From Acidobacteriota bacterium (GTDB taxonomy: Bacteria; Acidobacteriota; UBA6911; RPQK01; JAJDTT01): a stretch of 64,000 nt of DNA. Below, one piece after another: positions 36,189 to 45,528 of the stretch. Where the stretch lies: assembly GCA_965263035.1 (NCBI GenBank), contig OZ253580.1, forward strand, positions 3,808,001-3,872,000, in the 5' to 3' direction. Both the position numbers and the translations under genes were made by a program. Position 1 is the stretch's first letter; each line of letters opens with the position of its first letter. The notes beneath the pieces are model-generated. The model saw only the letters and a list, made by a program, of their open reading frames with translations, made no database searches and was not told the origin of the DNA.

Positions 36189-37640
36189 CTAGCGGAACCG
36201 GATCGAGTAAAGATCCGCGTCCTTCATCACGAACCGCAGTCTGACGGGCTTTCCGGCGATCCGTCTCAGGGGCTTGTCGGAAGTGGCGGCGGTCAGGTCC
36301 CGTTCCCAGCGGACGACGTGCTCGATCTCATCCCCCCAGATCAGGGGAGACTCCTCCAGGCCGAAGCCGGGAAGGACCTGCCCCTTGGCGTCCTGGATCT
36401 CCACGTGAATGCTCCCGGCCGCCGAGGTGGCGAAGTTCAGCACCAGATTGGAGCCTTCGAAGACCAATGGCCTGGTCACGAACTCACCGCCCCCATAGCC
36501 GGTGTGCAGGGAGACGAAGCCGTCGGTCCGCAGCACCATCCGCTCCAGATAGAGGCTGGGGAACTTGTAGTTGCGGACCATGTAGAGGGAGAGTTCGTCG
36601 GGAGCCGTGGCCACCGTCCCCGCAGCCAGGAGATTGTTCCGGTTGAGCCAGTTCCTGGGGTCCCGGCCGGGACGGACGAACGCTTCCAGATACCGGTGCC
36701 AGTGGTAGCCGTCGCGGCTGGACATGAGCACCGTTTCCGAAATCCCGGGGCGGGGTGCATCGGGGAACTTGTTGCGCCAGGGATGAAAACGCTTGGGAAA
36801 ACCCAGGAAAATGTGCGGAGCTCGGATATACGGGGCCGTTCCGTTGGTGTAGAGATGCTCCAGCGGAGCGTCCCCAAAGTCGCCCCACTCTCCTGGGGTC
36901 CAGTTGAGGAAGTCGGTGGACTCGGCGATCTTGATGGTGCGGACGCCTTCGGTGAAGTCCCGGTAGATGGCCAGGTAACGGCCCCGCGCCTGATCCCAGA
37001 CCGGAATGTTCAGGGAGTCGAAGGCTCCGTCGCTGATCACCGGCTCCTCTTGCATCTTCTCCCAGCGGAATCCATCCGCGGACTTGAGAGCAAACAGGGG
37101 GCCCCCGGCCAGGGCCTTGTAGCGTTCCGATTCCGGGACTCCCGGTTTGGGGTCGAGCATGGGGGCCAGGTTGTGACTGCCCTTGCCGGTCCAGACGATG
37201 TTGTTGTCCCGGGAGCCGTTGAACTCGATGATGCCCACCGAGGGGCGTTCCCAGTGAATCCCGTCGGAACTCTCCAGGACGCATGCAAACTCCGGATGTT
37301 TAGGGATCACCGTTTCACCCGCTTCGATCACAGAGGGGGGCGTCGCGGTGGGATCGCTGCTTCCCCGGTAGTACATGCGATAGCGGTCGCCGTCCCGCAG
37401 CACGGTGGTGTAAAAGCAGGTGTTCCCCTCCCAGGGCCGGTTGAGCTCCAGGATCTTTCCCGCTGAAACCGGAGTATGAAGGCGTTTCGTCACCCCCTCC
37501 GTCCGTTCGATCAAGAAGTCGTCGACGAACAGTTCCAGCCGGGTCCCCAACTGCAACGGTTCGTGGCCTTTCGCCTCCGGCGCCGTCGACGCGGCACCGA
37601 TCAGGATCCACAGGGACAAGAGACTGAATACTCGCACCAC
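36189..37640 (-). CDS. Secreted GH32-like beta-propeller protein (paralog 3, closest to paralog 1)
   Basis: RBS AGGAGG plus GTG start; LELFVDD; YRMYYRG; FDSLN; HLYTN; LRTDGFVSL; DADLYSIRFR. Confidence 0.82.
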   Translation of the reverse strand: MVRVFSLLSLWILIGAASTAPEAKGHEPLQLGTRLELFVDDFLIERTEGVTKRLHTPVSAGKILELNRPWEGNTCFYTTVLRDGDRYRMYYRGSSDPTATPPSVIEAGETVIPKHPEFACVLESSDGIHWERPSVGIIEFNGSRDNNIVWTGKGSHNLAPMLDPKPGVPESERYKALAGGPLFALKSADGFRWEKMQEEPVISDGAFDSLNIPVWDQARGRYLAIYRDFTEGVRTIKIAESTDFLNWTPGEWGDFGDAPLEHLYTNGTAPYIRAPHIFLGFPKRFHPWRNKFPDAPRPGISETVLMSSRDGYHWHRYLEAFVRPGRDPRNWLNRNNLLAAGTVATAPDELSLYMVRNYKFPSLYLERMVLRTDGFVSLHTGYGGGEFVTRPLVFEGSNLVLNFATSAAGSIHVEIQDAKGQVLPGFGLEESPLIWGDEIEHVVRWERDLTAATSDKPLRRIAGKPVRLRFVMKDADLYSIRFR

Positions 37641-37720
37641 AAGGCACCTCCTTCGATCTGCCGGAGCATAGCAAAGGGCCCGGTTCCGGTAAATCAGGAT
37701 TCCGATCACCGGAAAACCAT

Positions 37721-38548
37721 TTAACTCCGGTTGGGAGAGTGCTGGTCCCGGCGCGTGGGAATCGGATTGGACTTCAGTTCCAGGGTCAGATCGACCAGGC
37801 CCTGCACGGCGGCCTCCAGGAACTTCTCTCCCTTTTCCCGGGTGGCCAGCGTGGCGTCGCCCATGACGCCGCTGGCCGTGAGGGCGCTCCAATAGGGCAT
37901 CAGATTGGCCGAGGCGCTTCCGGCGATGCCGCCCGACAGCAGGTCGAACCGGAAGCTGGACGACATCGGTGAGCGCTCGTCGACGGCCTTTTCCATCTCC
38001 ACCAGCTCGGGCTTGAGAGCCAGATAGAGGGAGGTCTCGAACTCGCAGGCGTGGGAGGTTCCGCCGAAGTCGGACTCTCGTATTTCCCGGCCCACTTCCT
38101 TGACCTTGCCCAGGCCCCAGTGATTCACCGACGCACAGAGAATGCGTCCTTCGTACTCCAGGATGGTGAGCCGGGCCGCCAGGTCCAGGGGCGAGGTATT
38201 GGAGCCGTGCCCGTTGACGATGAGGATCCGCCGGAATCCGTGGTGGGCCAGACTGCAGCAGACGTTCTTCACGTAGCGGATGAAGACGTCCCAATCGATG
38301 GTCAGGGTCCCGTGAAAGTCCATGTGGTGGGGGCTGTAGCCGTGGGTGACGGCGGGCGCCAGGACCGCGTCCTCGGGGATTCTGGCGACGGCCCGCTCGC
38401 AGATCTCGGTGCAGAGCCGGACGTCCACGTCCACCGGGAGGTGGGGACCGTGGTCCTCGTAGGTCGCCACCGGAAGGACGGCCACCCGGTCGCGGCGGGC
38501 CGCCTCCTTGATCTCATGCCAGATCATTTCGGCAAACCGGTACTTCAT
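37721..38548 (-). CDS. Creatininase/MftE-family amidohydrolase
   Basis: EDHGPHLPVDVD; GYSPHHMDF.GT; NGHGSN; HACEFETS. Confidence 0.92.
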   Translation of the reverse strand: MKYRFAEMIWHEIKEAARRDRVAVLPVATYEDHGPHLPVDVDVRLCTEICERAVARIPEDAVLAPAVTHGYSPHHMDFHGTLTIDWDVFIRYVKNVCCSLAHHGFRRILIVNGHGSNTSPLDLAARLTILEYEGRILCASVNHWGLGKVKEVGREIRESDFGGTSHACEFETSLYLALKPELVEMEKAVDERSPMSSSFRFDLLSGGIAGSASANLMPYWSALTASGVMGDATLATREKGEKFLEAAVQGLVDLTLELKSNPIPTRRDQHSPNRS

Positions 38549-38673
38549 CTGTTCCTCCTTGTTTCGCTTCAACTATCCACTGCCGGATTCCTACATCGGT
38601 CCGGACTCGGGATCAAGGGCCGAATCATCCGGGTCGTAGTAGACTGGGCCCACCAGAATAGAGGAGGACCCAG

Positions 38674-39723
38674 ATGACACTGTCAAGCACTCGGCTTTCG
38701 TTTTTCTCCCTGTTTCCGCTGGCCATGTTCGGATGCAGCTCCCAGGAGACGGCTCCCCGTTCCGAGCCCGGTGTCGTCGAGGCCAGTGCTCCCGCACCCG
38801 GTCCGGCCGCCGATGTCCGGCCCCTCCCCAACAAGTCCCGCACCGGACCCGTCGTCTACACCAAGATCGGCATCGTCACCATGGACGCCAAGCCCTGGGC
38901 CCTGGAGGAGAACTACCGGCGCTTGGAGTCCTACGTCCGGGAGGCCGCCCGCAGGGGAGCGGAAGTGGTGGTGGCGCCCGAGGCCGTTCTGGACGGCTAC
39001 GTCTGCTACGCCGCGCCCGGCGTCACGCGGGAGCGGATGATGGAGGTGGCCCAGAGCCTGCCGGACGGGCCCTACATCGTTCGGGCCCGGCGGCTGTCCC
39101 GGGAGCTGGGTATCTACCTGGTCTTCGGGTTCCTGGAGCGGTCGGGGCAGGAGATGTTCAACAGCCTTGCCATGACCGATCCCCAAGGAGAGATCCTGGC
39201 CAAATACAGCAAGGTCCATGTGGGGGGCGAGTCCTACATCACGCCGGGCCGCGAGCTGAAACCGTTCGATACGCCTCTGGGACGGATCGGTTTCCTTATC
39301 TGCATGGACCGGACCGTTCCCGAGAACATACGGACCTTGGGCGTGCAGGGGGTCGAAACGGTCTTCCTGCCCATGGACGGAGGGGGCGGACCCGAAAATA
39401 CCAAGAAGATGGCTCGATACGCTGCCGAGAACGGCTGCTGGATCATCATCGCCAACACTTGGAGCGCAGCCATCATCAGTCCGTGCGGAGACGTGCGCCT
39501 GGAGAAGTACGAAAACGAAACGGTGAGCATCGGCCGGGTGACCCAGTGGGAGGTCCCCCGGGGGCTGGACCGAGGGTCCATGACCAAACGCCGGCCCGAT
39601 CTTTACGGCCCCCTCCTGAAATCCTACGAACCCGTACGCTGGTACGACGACGAGGGCTACCCCACCGCCTGGGCCGAGGCCCAGAGAGCCAAGCACCGCA
39701 AGGACATCAGCACCTCCAGGTGA
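38674..39723 (+). CDS. Carbon-nitrogen hydrolase (nitrilase superfamily), putative lipoprotein
   Basis: LAMFGC lipobox-like; Glu-Lys-Cys triad in APEA, YSKVH, ICMD. Confidence 0.87.
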   Translation: MTLSSTRLSFFSLFPLAMFGCSSQETAPRSEPGVVEASAPAPGPAADVRPLPNKSRTGPVVYTKIGIVTMDAKPWALEENYRRLESYVREAARRGAEVVVAPEAVLDGYVCYAAPGVTRERMMEVAQSLPDGPYIVRARRLSRELGIYLVFGFLERSGQEMFNSLAMTDPQGEILAKYSKVHVGGESYITPGRELKPFDTPLGRIGFLICMDRTVPENIRTLGVQGVETVFLPMDGGGGPENTKKMARYAAENGCWIIIANTWSAAIISPCGDVRLEKYENETVSIGRVTQWEVPRGLDRGSMTKRRPDLYGPLLKSYEPVRWYDDEGYPTAWAEAQRAKHRKDISTSR

Positions 39724-39727
39724 AACG

Positions 39728-41137
39728 GTGCCAACCGAGTCCTCGCGAAATCAGGGGGGTTCCGGGCCGGGCCTGCGGCGGGCCCTGGGACCGGGCGTTG
39801 CTCTGGCCATCGTGGTGGGAAACGTCATCGGTTCCGGGATCTTCCTCAAGCCTGGGAGCATCGCCGCCGAAGCCGGAGACTTCCGCACGGTCTTGACGGC
39901 TTGGCTGCTGGGCGGCGCCGTCTGTGTCTTGGGCACCCTCTGCTTCGCCGAGCTGGCCGCCATGCTGCCCCGGGCTGGGGGCATCTACGTGTTTCTCAAG
40001 GAGGCCTACGGAAAACCGGCCGCCTTCCTCTTCAGCTGGAACGAGTTTCTCTTCAACCGCCCCGCCAGCATCGGAGCCCTGTCGGTGGCCTTCGCGGGCG
40101 CTCTCGGCCTCTCTCTGGGCCGGACGCTGAGTCAACCGGAGACCGTATTCCTGGCCCTCGGTCTCATACTTCTCCTGACCTGGGTCAACATCCGGGGAGT
40201 CCTCTGGGGAGGATGGGTGCAGGGAGCCACGACCCTGGTCAAGGCCTCGTTCCTGGGGCTGCTGGCGCTTCTGCCGTTTCTCATGACCCCCTTTTCCGAG
40301 ACCGGAATCGACTGGGCCAACTACAGCTCCCGAGTGGAGCCGACAGGAGACCTGGCGTCCGGGACCCGGTTCGGCCTGGTGCTGCTCTCGGTCATGTGGG
40401 CCTACAACGGCTGGCACGGGATCACGCCGGTGGCCGAGGAGGTCCGGGATCCGGAACGCAACATTCCCAGAGCGCTCTTCGGTGGTGTGGCCCTGCTGAC
40501 CGTGCTCTACGTTTCGGCCAATCTCGCCTACCATGGAGTCCTCTCTCTGGAAGAGATGGCATCGGCGGGACCCCACGCCGCCGAGACCATGGTGGCGGCC
40601 CTGCTGGGGCCTGCAGGCGCCAAGGTCATGGGGGCGGTCATCATGTGCAGCACCTTCGGCGCCATCAACAGCAATCTGCTGCTGGCCACCCGGATCCCCT
40701 TCGCCCTGGGCCGGGACCGCCTGCTGTCGGCCCGGTTGGGAAAGGTTCACGCCGTCTACCGCACTCCTTTCGTCTCCATCATGGTTCAGGCTCTGATGGC
40801 GGCCCTCCTGGTGATCGTCTCCGGCCTGCTCATCGAGTTTCTGGGCTGGTCGGAAGAGAAGACCATCTTTCAGATCCTCACCGACTTCATCATCTTCGGC
40901 AACAGCATCTTCTACGTCCTGGCCGCGGCCGCGCTCTTCATCCTGCGCCGGAAGCGGCCGGACTGGAAGCGGCCCTACCGAACCTGGGGATACCCCGTAG
41001 TTCCGTTGCTCTATCTCGGCTTCTACTTCTGGTTCCTGACGCAGGTGTATCTGGGAAAGCCCTTCGAGGCCAGTGCCGGTGTGGTCCTCATCGGCACCGG
41101 AATTCCGGTCTACTGGATCTTGCGCCGGCGGCGTTGA
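39728..41137 (+). CDS. APC-family amino acid permease
   Basis: GNVIGSGIF; FAELAAMLPRAGG.Y; WAYNGW; EEVRDPERNIPRA; RPYRTWGYP. Confidence 0.93.
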   Translation: MPTESSRNQGGSGPGLRRALGPGVALAIVVGNVIGSGIFLKPGSIAAEAGDFRTVLTAWLLGGAVCVLGTLCFAELAAMLPRAGGIYVFLKEAYGKPAAFLFSWNEFLFNRPASIGALSVAFAGALGLSLGRTLSQPETVFLALGLILLLTWVNIRGVLWGGWVQGATTLVKASFLGLLALLPFLMTPFSETGIDWANYSSRVEPTGDLASGTRFGLVLLSVMWAYNGWHGITPVAEEVRDPERNIPRALFGGVALLTVLYVSANLAYHGVLSLEEMASAGPHAAETMVAALLGPAGAKVMGAVIMCSTFGAINSNLLLATRIPFALGRDRLLSARLGKVHAVYRTPFVSIMVQALMAALLVIVSGLLIEFLGWSEEKTIFQILTDFIIFGNSIFYVLAAAALFILRRKRPDWKRPYRTWGYPVVPLLYLGFYFWFLTQVYLGKPFEASAGVVLIGTGIPVYWILRRRR

Positions 41138-41152
41138 CTTGATTACCACTGA
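41138..41152 (+). pseudogene. Putative higB toxin remnant (last codons LDYH*)
   Basis: CTT GAT TAC CAC TGA lies just upstream of the higA RBS; HigB-like toxins typically end in DYH*. Confidence 0.5.
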
Positions 41153-41171
41153 AGCCAAGGAGAAGGCAGCC

Positions 41172-41465
41172 ATGCCAATGAAGATTCCACCCCATCCAGG
41201 CCGCATTGTCCGGCAGGATTGTATCGATGCCCTGGAACTGACCGTGACCCGGGCAGCCGAACTTCTCCGTGTGACCCGTCAGACCCTGAGCAATCTGGTC
41301 AACGAAAGGGCGGGCATTTCTGCCGAAATGGCCATCCGCCTGGAAAAGCTCGGATGGTCCACGGCCGACAACTGGATGAGGTTGCAGGCCGCCTACGATC
41401 TCGCCCAAGCACGCCGTACCCAGGACCAAATCAAGGTTGAGCGCTACGAGTCTCATCATGACTGA
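41172..41465 (+). CDS. higA: HigA-family antitoxin (orphan)
   Basis: PPHPG; HTH AAELLRVTRQTLSNLVN; ISAEMAIRL; WMRLQAAYDL. Confidence 0.93.
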   Translation: MPMKIPPHPGRIVRQDCIDALELTVTRAAELLRVTRQTLSNLVNERAGISAEMAIRLEKLGWSTADNWMRLQAAYDLAQARRTQDQIKVERYESHHD

Positions 41466-41487
41466 GATCGCTATCGCTCCGATGATT

Positions 41488-41633
41488 ATGAGGATCTTGA
41501 GCAATAAACGTCTTCATCAGACGTTCGAAGAGCCGTCCTCGGTGAGCTTTGCAACCAGCGATGGACCGGAGATGGTCCACGGTTTTCTGGATGCTGCCGA
41601 TCGTCCCTTGATCTTCCTAGAATTGGATGCCAT
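41488..41633 (-). pseudogene. Degenerate fragment resembling the N-terminus of type ISP R-M / Mrr-helicase proteins
   Basis: Minus frame reads HLRSIAGCKAHRGRLFERLMKTFIAQDP, similar to the KG..FE.L...Y...DP motif; the ATG at 41633 is out of frame. Confidence 0.4.
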
Positions 41634-41711
41634 GGGAGTAGCACCCAATTCCTGAATCAAATTCTTGCGTTTCCAAGATCGCTGAGGTCAGAATTTAGGT
41701 GATCAGCGAGT

Positions 41712-42306
41712 TCAAGTCGCGTCAGCGTGATCACCCCAATCCCGGTGTTCAATTGCCCGAAAAAGATGGTCGTCAGCCCCCGGATGCCGGACGGAAGCGT
41801 CCTTCTCAATCGTGAAAAATCTGAACAACCAGCCCCTCTTTTCATTATCATTCCTTTCCCACACAGCCAGCAGCCAAGCATCCTCGTCACATGAAACCTT
41901 GTATTTTCCGACTTTTTCGGCCAGCCAAGCGGCCCTCTTCTCGGAACCACACTTGTCCTTGCCATTGAAGATCATCAAACGGACACTCGCGCGCGCTAGG
42001 AGGAAGCTTCTGGAAGTCATCGTAGATGTGATCGCAATCACCCCATTCACACTCCGCCGCCAAGTGCGCGCCGATCAATGTGTTGTCACAGTCATCCTCG
42101 TATTCGAGCCAAGTGACGTCGTAGAGCCATTCTCCATAGTCGGCGTTCTTCACACTTTTCGCACAGACTCTACAGCCGAATTTGACTCGACCGATCTCAC
42201 ACAGCTTGGTCTTGACGACCGGCTCTGTAACCTGCCAAGGTTTTTCGACCTTGATGCAATTGAGACCCGCCGCGACCGCACGCATAATTTTGCATTTCTC
42301 GGGCAT
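41712..42306 (-). pseudogene. Frameshifted lower-GC hypothetical gene (possible PD-(D/E)XK-like fold)
   Basis: GEWLYDVTW...AAECEWG...DDFQKL continues as LLARASVRLMIF in the adjacent frame; one extra base at about 42002-42003; RBS GGAG. Confidence 0.65.
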
Positions 42307-42355
42307 CTGATAACTCCCTCCATTATCTCCAGCGAAAAGTGGCGGGTTTTTGGGG

Positions 42356-43171
42356 TCACGATTCGACCCAGTGGCGAAAGAGCGGCTTCACGTTTTCCGG
42401 CAGGCCGTCGTAGACTTGCCGGGGCACGGGAACGACGACGTTGTCCGTGATCCCGGTCTCGTCCACCATCCGCGTCCGCTCCACTGAGCCTGGCATCAGG
42501 ATGTCCAGGTTCAACCACCAGGGCGCGTAACGCACAGCCATTCCGACGCGGGCCCGATCGCTCACGTTGGGTGAGATGGCGTGCCAGAGCCGGCTGTCGA
42601 AAAGAAGGACGCTGCCCGCATCTCCGGTGGCCCGGATCTCGCTCGGGAAAGCCGCCATGGTTTCCACGCCGATGTCGCCGGTTGGGTTGTTCGGATAGCG
42701 GTGACTTCCGGGCACGATGATGGTGGCCCCCGTCTCCTCGGTAAAGGGAGAGAGCATCCAGAGCGTGGTCAGGTGCTGGACCGCGTCGGGGTAGGGGGCG
42801 GGGATGTGTCCGGCGTTGTGCTGATTGAAGGGCCAGTCGGCATGCAGCTTGCCGCGCTGGTTCCCCGGATAGCTGATGTGGGCCGTGGTGAATGAGATCC
42901 GGTAATGGGAACCGAAAAGGTCCTCGGCCACCCCGAGGATGCGCGGGTCCGCCAGGTAGGGCGCGAACGACTGATCGAAGGCCAGGAGTCCCTTGCGGCT
43001 ACCCAGCCCCTGGATGTTCTCCCCGGTCCCATGGCGGGACACCGTCTCCTCAACGTGTTGGCAGATCTCGCCGACCCGGTCCGCGGGAATGACGTCCTCC
43101 AACACGTACCAACCTTGCAGGTCCAAGTGCATGAGCGCCTGCCGGACGATGTTTTCCGTGTCTTGTTTCAT
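42356..43171 (-). CDS. PhyH-family Fe(II)/2-oxoglutarate dioxygenase
   Basis: LHADW (HxD); GATIIVPGSH; FDSRLWHA. Confidence 0.92.
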   Translation of the reverse strand: MKQDTENIVRQALMHLDLQGWYVLEDVIPADRVGEICQHVEETVSRHGTGENIQGLGSRKGLLAFDQSFAPYLADPRILGVAEDLFGSHYRISFTTAHISYPGNQRGKLHADWPFNQHNAGHIPAPYPDAVQHLTTLWMLSPFTEETGATIIVPGSHRYPNNPTGDIGVETMAAFPSEIRATGDAGSVLLFDSRLWHAISPNVSDRARVGMAVRYAPWWLNLDILMPGSVERTRMVDETGITDNVVVPVPRQVYDGLPENVKPLFRHWVES

Positions 43172-44232
43172 GGCGATTCGTCCTCATTGTTTTCCAGGTC
43201 AAGACCCAGACCATCGGCCACTGCCAATACCTCGCGCCATGTAAGCTCGGGAAGGCAGATGCCTTCCCGGCCTCGCTTGCGCCGCTCCCGGGCCTCGCGC
43301 TCGCCCGGAATCAGGATCTCGTCGAATCCGGGTGCCCTGGGGGACGCCTTGATCCGGTCCAGGAAACCCTGAATTTGGGCGTGAAATTTCTCCGGGTGGG
43401 CGAAGCTGGCCACGTTGATGACGTTGAGAAAAACCGCGTTTCCTCCCCGGATCCGGTCCCAGTCGGTGCAGCCGGCGCCGCTCAGGGCCCCGGCCAAAGC
43501 CTCCACGGCGAGCCCGAGCCCGAATCCCTTGTAGCCGGCCCGCCCTCCCAGGGGAAGCAGGGAACCGGGAGGGTCTTCCAGAATCACCCCCGGATCGTTG
43601 GTGGGGCGCCCGCGGCTGTCGATCAACCACCCGTCGGGAACCGGCTCCCCCAGGTTATGCGCCAGAGTCACCTTTCCGCCGGCGGCAACGGTGGTGGTCA
43701 TGTCCAGGATCAGCGGAGTCCCGCCCGTAGGTACACCGACCCCCATGGGATTGGTGGAGAGGCGGGGATCGATCCCGCCGTAGGGAGCCGCCAGCCCGCG
43801 CTGACCGTGGGCGTTGGCCATCATGATGGCCGCCATGCCCTCGGCGGTGACCATCCGCAGGTAGTCACTGAGGCGTCCCAGATGGTTCGCATGGCGCACA
43901 CTGACCACGCAGGTCCCGGCTTTCCGTGCCTTTCGGATGCCCCGGAGCGTCGCCTCCCGGACCACTACGTGTCCGAAGCCCCAGTTTCCGTCCAGGACCA
44001 GTGTTGAGTCGTTCTCCCGAATTACCTCCACCTTCGCCCCGGGGACGATTTCGCCGGTGGAGATCTTGTTCACGTAGCCCAAAAGTGAAAGAGTGCCGTG
44101 AGAATCGTGGCCCGAAAGATGGGCGTCGATCCCCAGCGACGCGACGGTCGAGGCCTCCGATGGCGTCGCGCCCGCAACCACCAGGATGCGTTGCAGGATG
44201 TGACTCAGAGCTTCAGGTCGAAATCTAGGCAT
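43168..44232 (-). CDS. Ldh_2 (malate/L-sulfolactate dehydrogenase-like) oxidoreductase
   Basis: GHDSHG; NHLGRL; STNP; LDMTTT; LLPLGG..GYKGFGL; IPGERE. Confidence 0.92.
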   Translation of the reverse strand: MPRFRPEALSHILQRILVVAGATPSEASTVASLGIDAHLSGHDSHGTLSLLGYVNKISTGEIVPGAKVEVIRENDSTLVLDGNWGFGHVVVREATLRGIRKARKAGTCVVSVRHANHLGRLSDYLRMVTAEGMAAIMMANAHGQRGLAAPYGGIDPRLSTNPMGVGVPTGGTPLILDMTTTVAAGGKVTLAHNLGEPVPDGWLIDSRGRPTNDPGVILEDPPGSLLPLGGRAGYKGFGLGLAVEALAGALSGAGCTDWDRIRGGNAVFLNVINVASFAHPEKFHAQIQGFLDRIKASPRAPGFDEILIPGEREARERRKRGREGICLPELTWREVLAVADGLGLDLENNEDESP

Positions 44233-44382
44233 CGGTTGTCCTCTGGAACATCCGGCAGAGTCCGCACGATGGTTTGATCCCTGACCCGGCACAACCGGAA
44301 CAATAATTTCGCCGCTCGAGCGGTGACTTTCCAGACGCCGACTTTCCAATTGGTCGCGTGTCGCTTCGGTTTGGACCGAAGA

Positions 44383-44407
44383 GGGCACCCACAAGGGGTG
44401 CCCCTAC
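44383..44407 (-). repeat. GTAG-type REP element
   Basis: Minus strand GTAG-GGGCACCC-CTTGT-GGGTGCCC: a GTAG head followed by an 8-bp palindromic stem. Confidence 0.75.
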
Positions 44408-44451
44408 AATTGATTCTTCGCCCATTTGCACAAGATCTTGGGTATGAGGAA

Positions 44452-45528
44452 CTATCCCGGAACCGAGTAGCGGGCCAGAGCATCCCGGTCCAGTTCCAGA
44501 CCGTGGCCCGGCCGATCGGGCGCGATGGCGTAGCCGTCTTCGAAGCGGATCGGTTCCTGGGCCAGAATGTTCCACATCAGATCGGAGAACTCCATGTAGA
44601 GGCATTCGGGGAAGCTCACCGCCGCGTGGACTCCGGTCTCCAGAGGTGTGTTACCCAGCGAGACGGGAATCCCGTAGTCGCCCGCCAGCCGGGCCGCCAT
44701 GCGCGATTCAGAGATGGAGGTATGCACGTTCAGGACGTCCACGGCGGCCGCTTCCAACAGGCGCCGCTTCCCGGAGAATCCCAGGTATTCGCCGGTGTTG
44801 ATGCGGGTGAAGGGAATCTCGGCGCAGAGCATGCGGTAGCCGTCCAGATCGTTTCGGTCGATGGGGTCCTCCATCCAGTAGATTTCGAATCCCTCATCGC
44901 GGTAGCGGTGAAGCCGCAATAGAGCCTCCTTGGGAGACCAGGCCTCGTTGGCGTCGATCATGAGGTCCGGTTCAAGCCCCATCTCCTGGCGGGCGATGGT
45001 CATCCGGGCCAGGTCCCACTCCACGTCGGGGTGGCCCACCTTGATCTTCATGGCCTTGAATCCCTGCTCCCGAAACCGGATCAGCTTGGCCCGGAACTCA
45101 TCGTCCGTTAGATGAAAGTCGAGGGTGCTCCCGTAAGCCCGAACCCGGGACCGGGTCCCGCCCAGAAGCCGGTAGAGGGGGAGATCCAGATGCTTCGCCA
45201 TCAGGTCCCAGAGCGCCGTCTCCACAACGAGACCGAAGGGAGAGGCGCCGACGTTTCCTCCCCGGGGCCGCTCGATGCGGTTGGCCACGCTGAACGGGTT
45301 CGATCCCAGCAGGGCGGGCCAGGTCTGGAATTCGAATTGTTCCTTCAATTCCTTCAGAGCTGCCGGAGGCACCCCCTGTTGGACCTGGAACCCGACCCCC
45401 CTCACGCCGGTGTCGGTCTCCAACTCCAGAATCGTGCCCCAGTGATCCACGAAGCAGACCTGCGAGTCACCTATGGGATGGGGTAGACGGAGATGGGCTC
45501 GGTGAATTTCGCAATGTTTCAGCTTCAT
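44452..45528 (-). CDS. Enolase-superfamily (mandelate racemase-like) enzyme
   Basis: ETALWDL; MKIKVG (KxK); MIDAN; WMEDP; TGE; PGHGLE. Confidence 0.9.
   Translation of the reverse strand: MKLKHCEIHRAHLRLPHPIGDSQVCFVDHWGTILELETDTGVRGVGFQVQQGVPPAALKELKEQFEFQTWPALLGSNPFSVANRIERPRGGNVGASPFGLVVETALWDLMAKHLDLPLYRLLGGTRSRVRAYGSTLDFHLTDDEFRAKLIRFREQGFKAMKIKVGHPDVEWDLARMTIARQEMGLEPDLMIDANEAWSPKEALLRLHRYRDEGFEIYWMEDPIDRNDLDGYRMLCAEIPFTRINTGEYLGFSGKRRLLEAAAVDVLNVHTSISESRMAARLAGDYGIPVSLGNTPLETGVHAAVSFPECLYMEFSDLMWNILAQEPIRFEDGYAIAPDRPGHGLELDRDALARYSVPG

Noticed and set aside
37641-38294. N-terminal extensions in the ORF track (701-aa, 708-aa, 611-aa and 1022-aa versions)
   Set aside because: They overlap neighbouring real genes; internal starts with signal peptides (RBS-supported for some) fit better.
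41135-41152. Selenocysteine or readthrough at TGA codons (2669, 41135)
   Set aside because: 2669 is explained by a frameshift; 41135 is a normal permease end, and readthrough would add only five residues.
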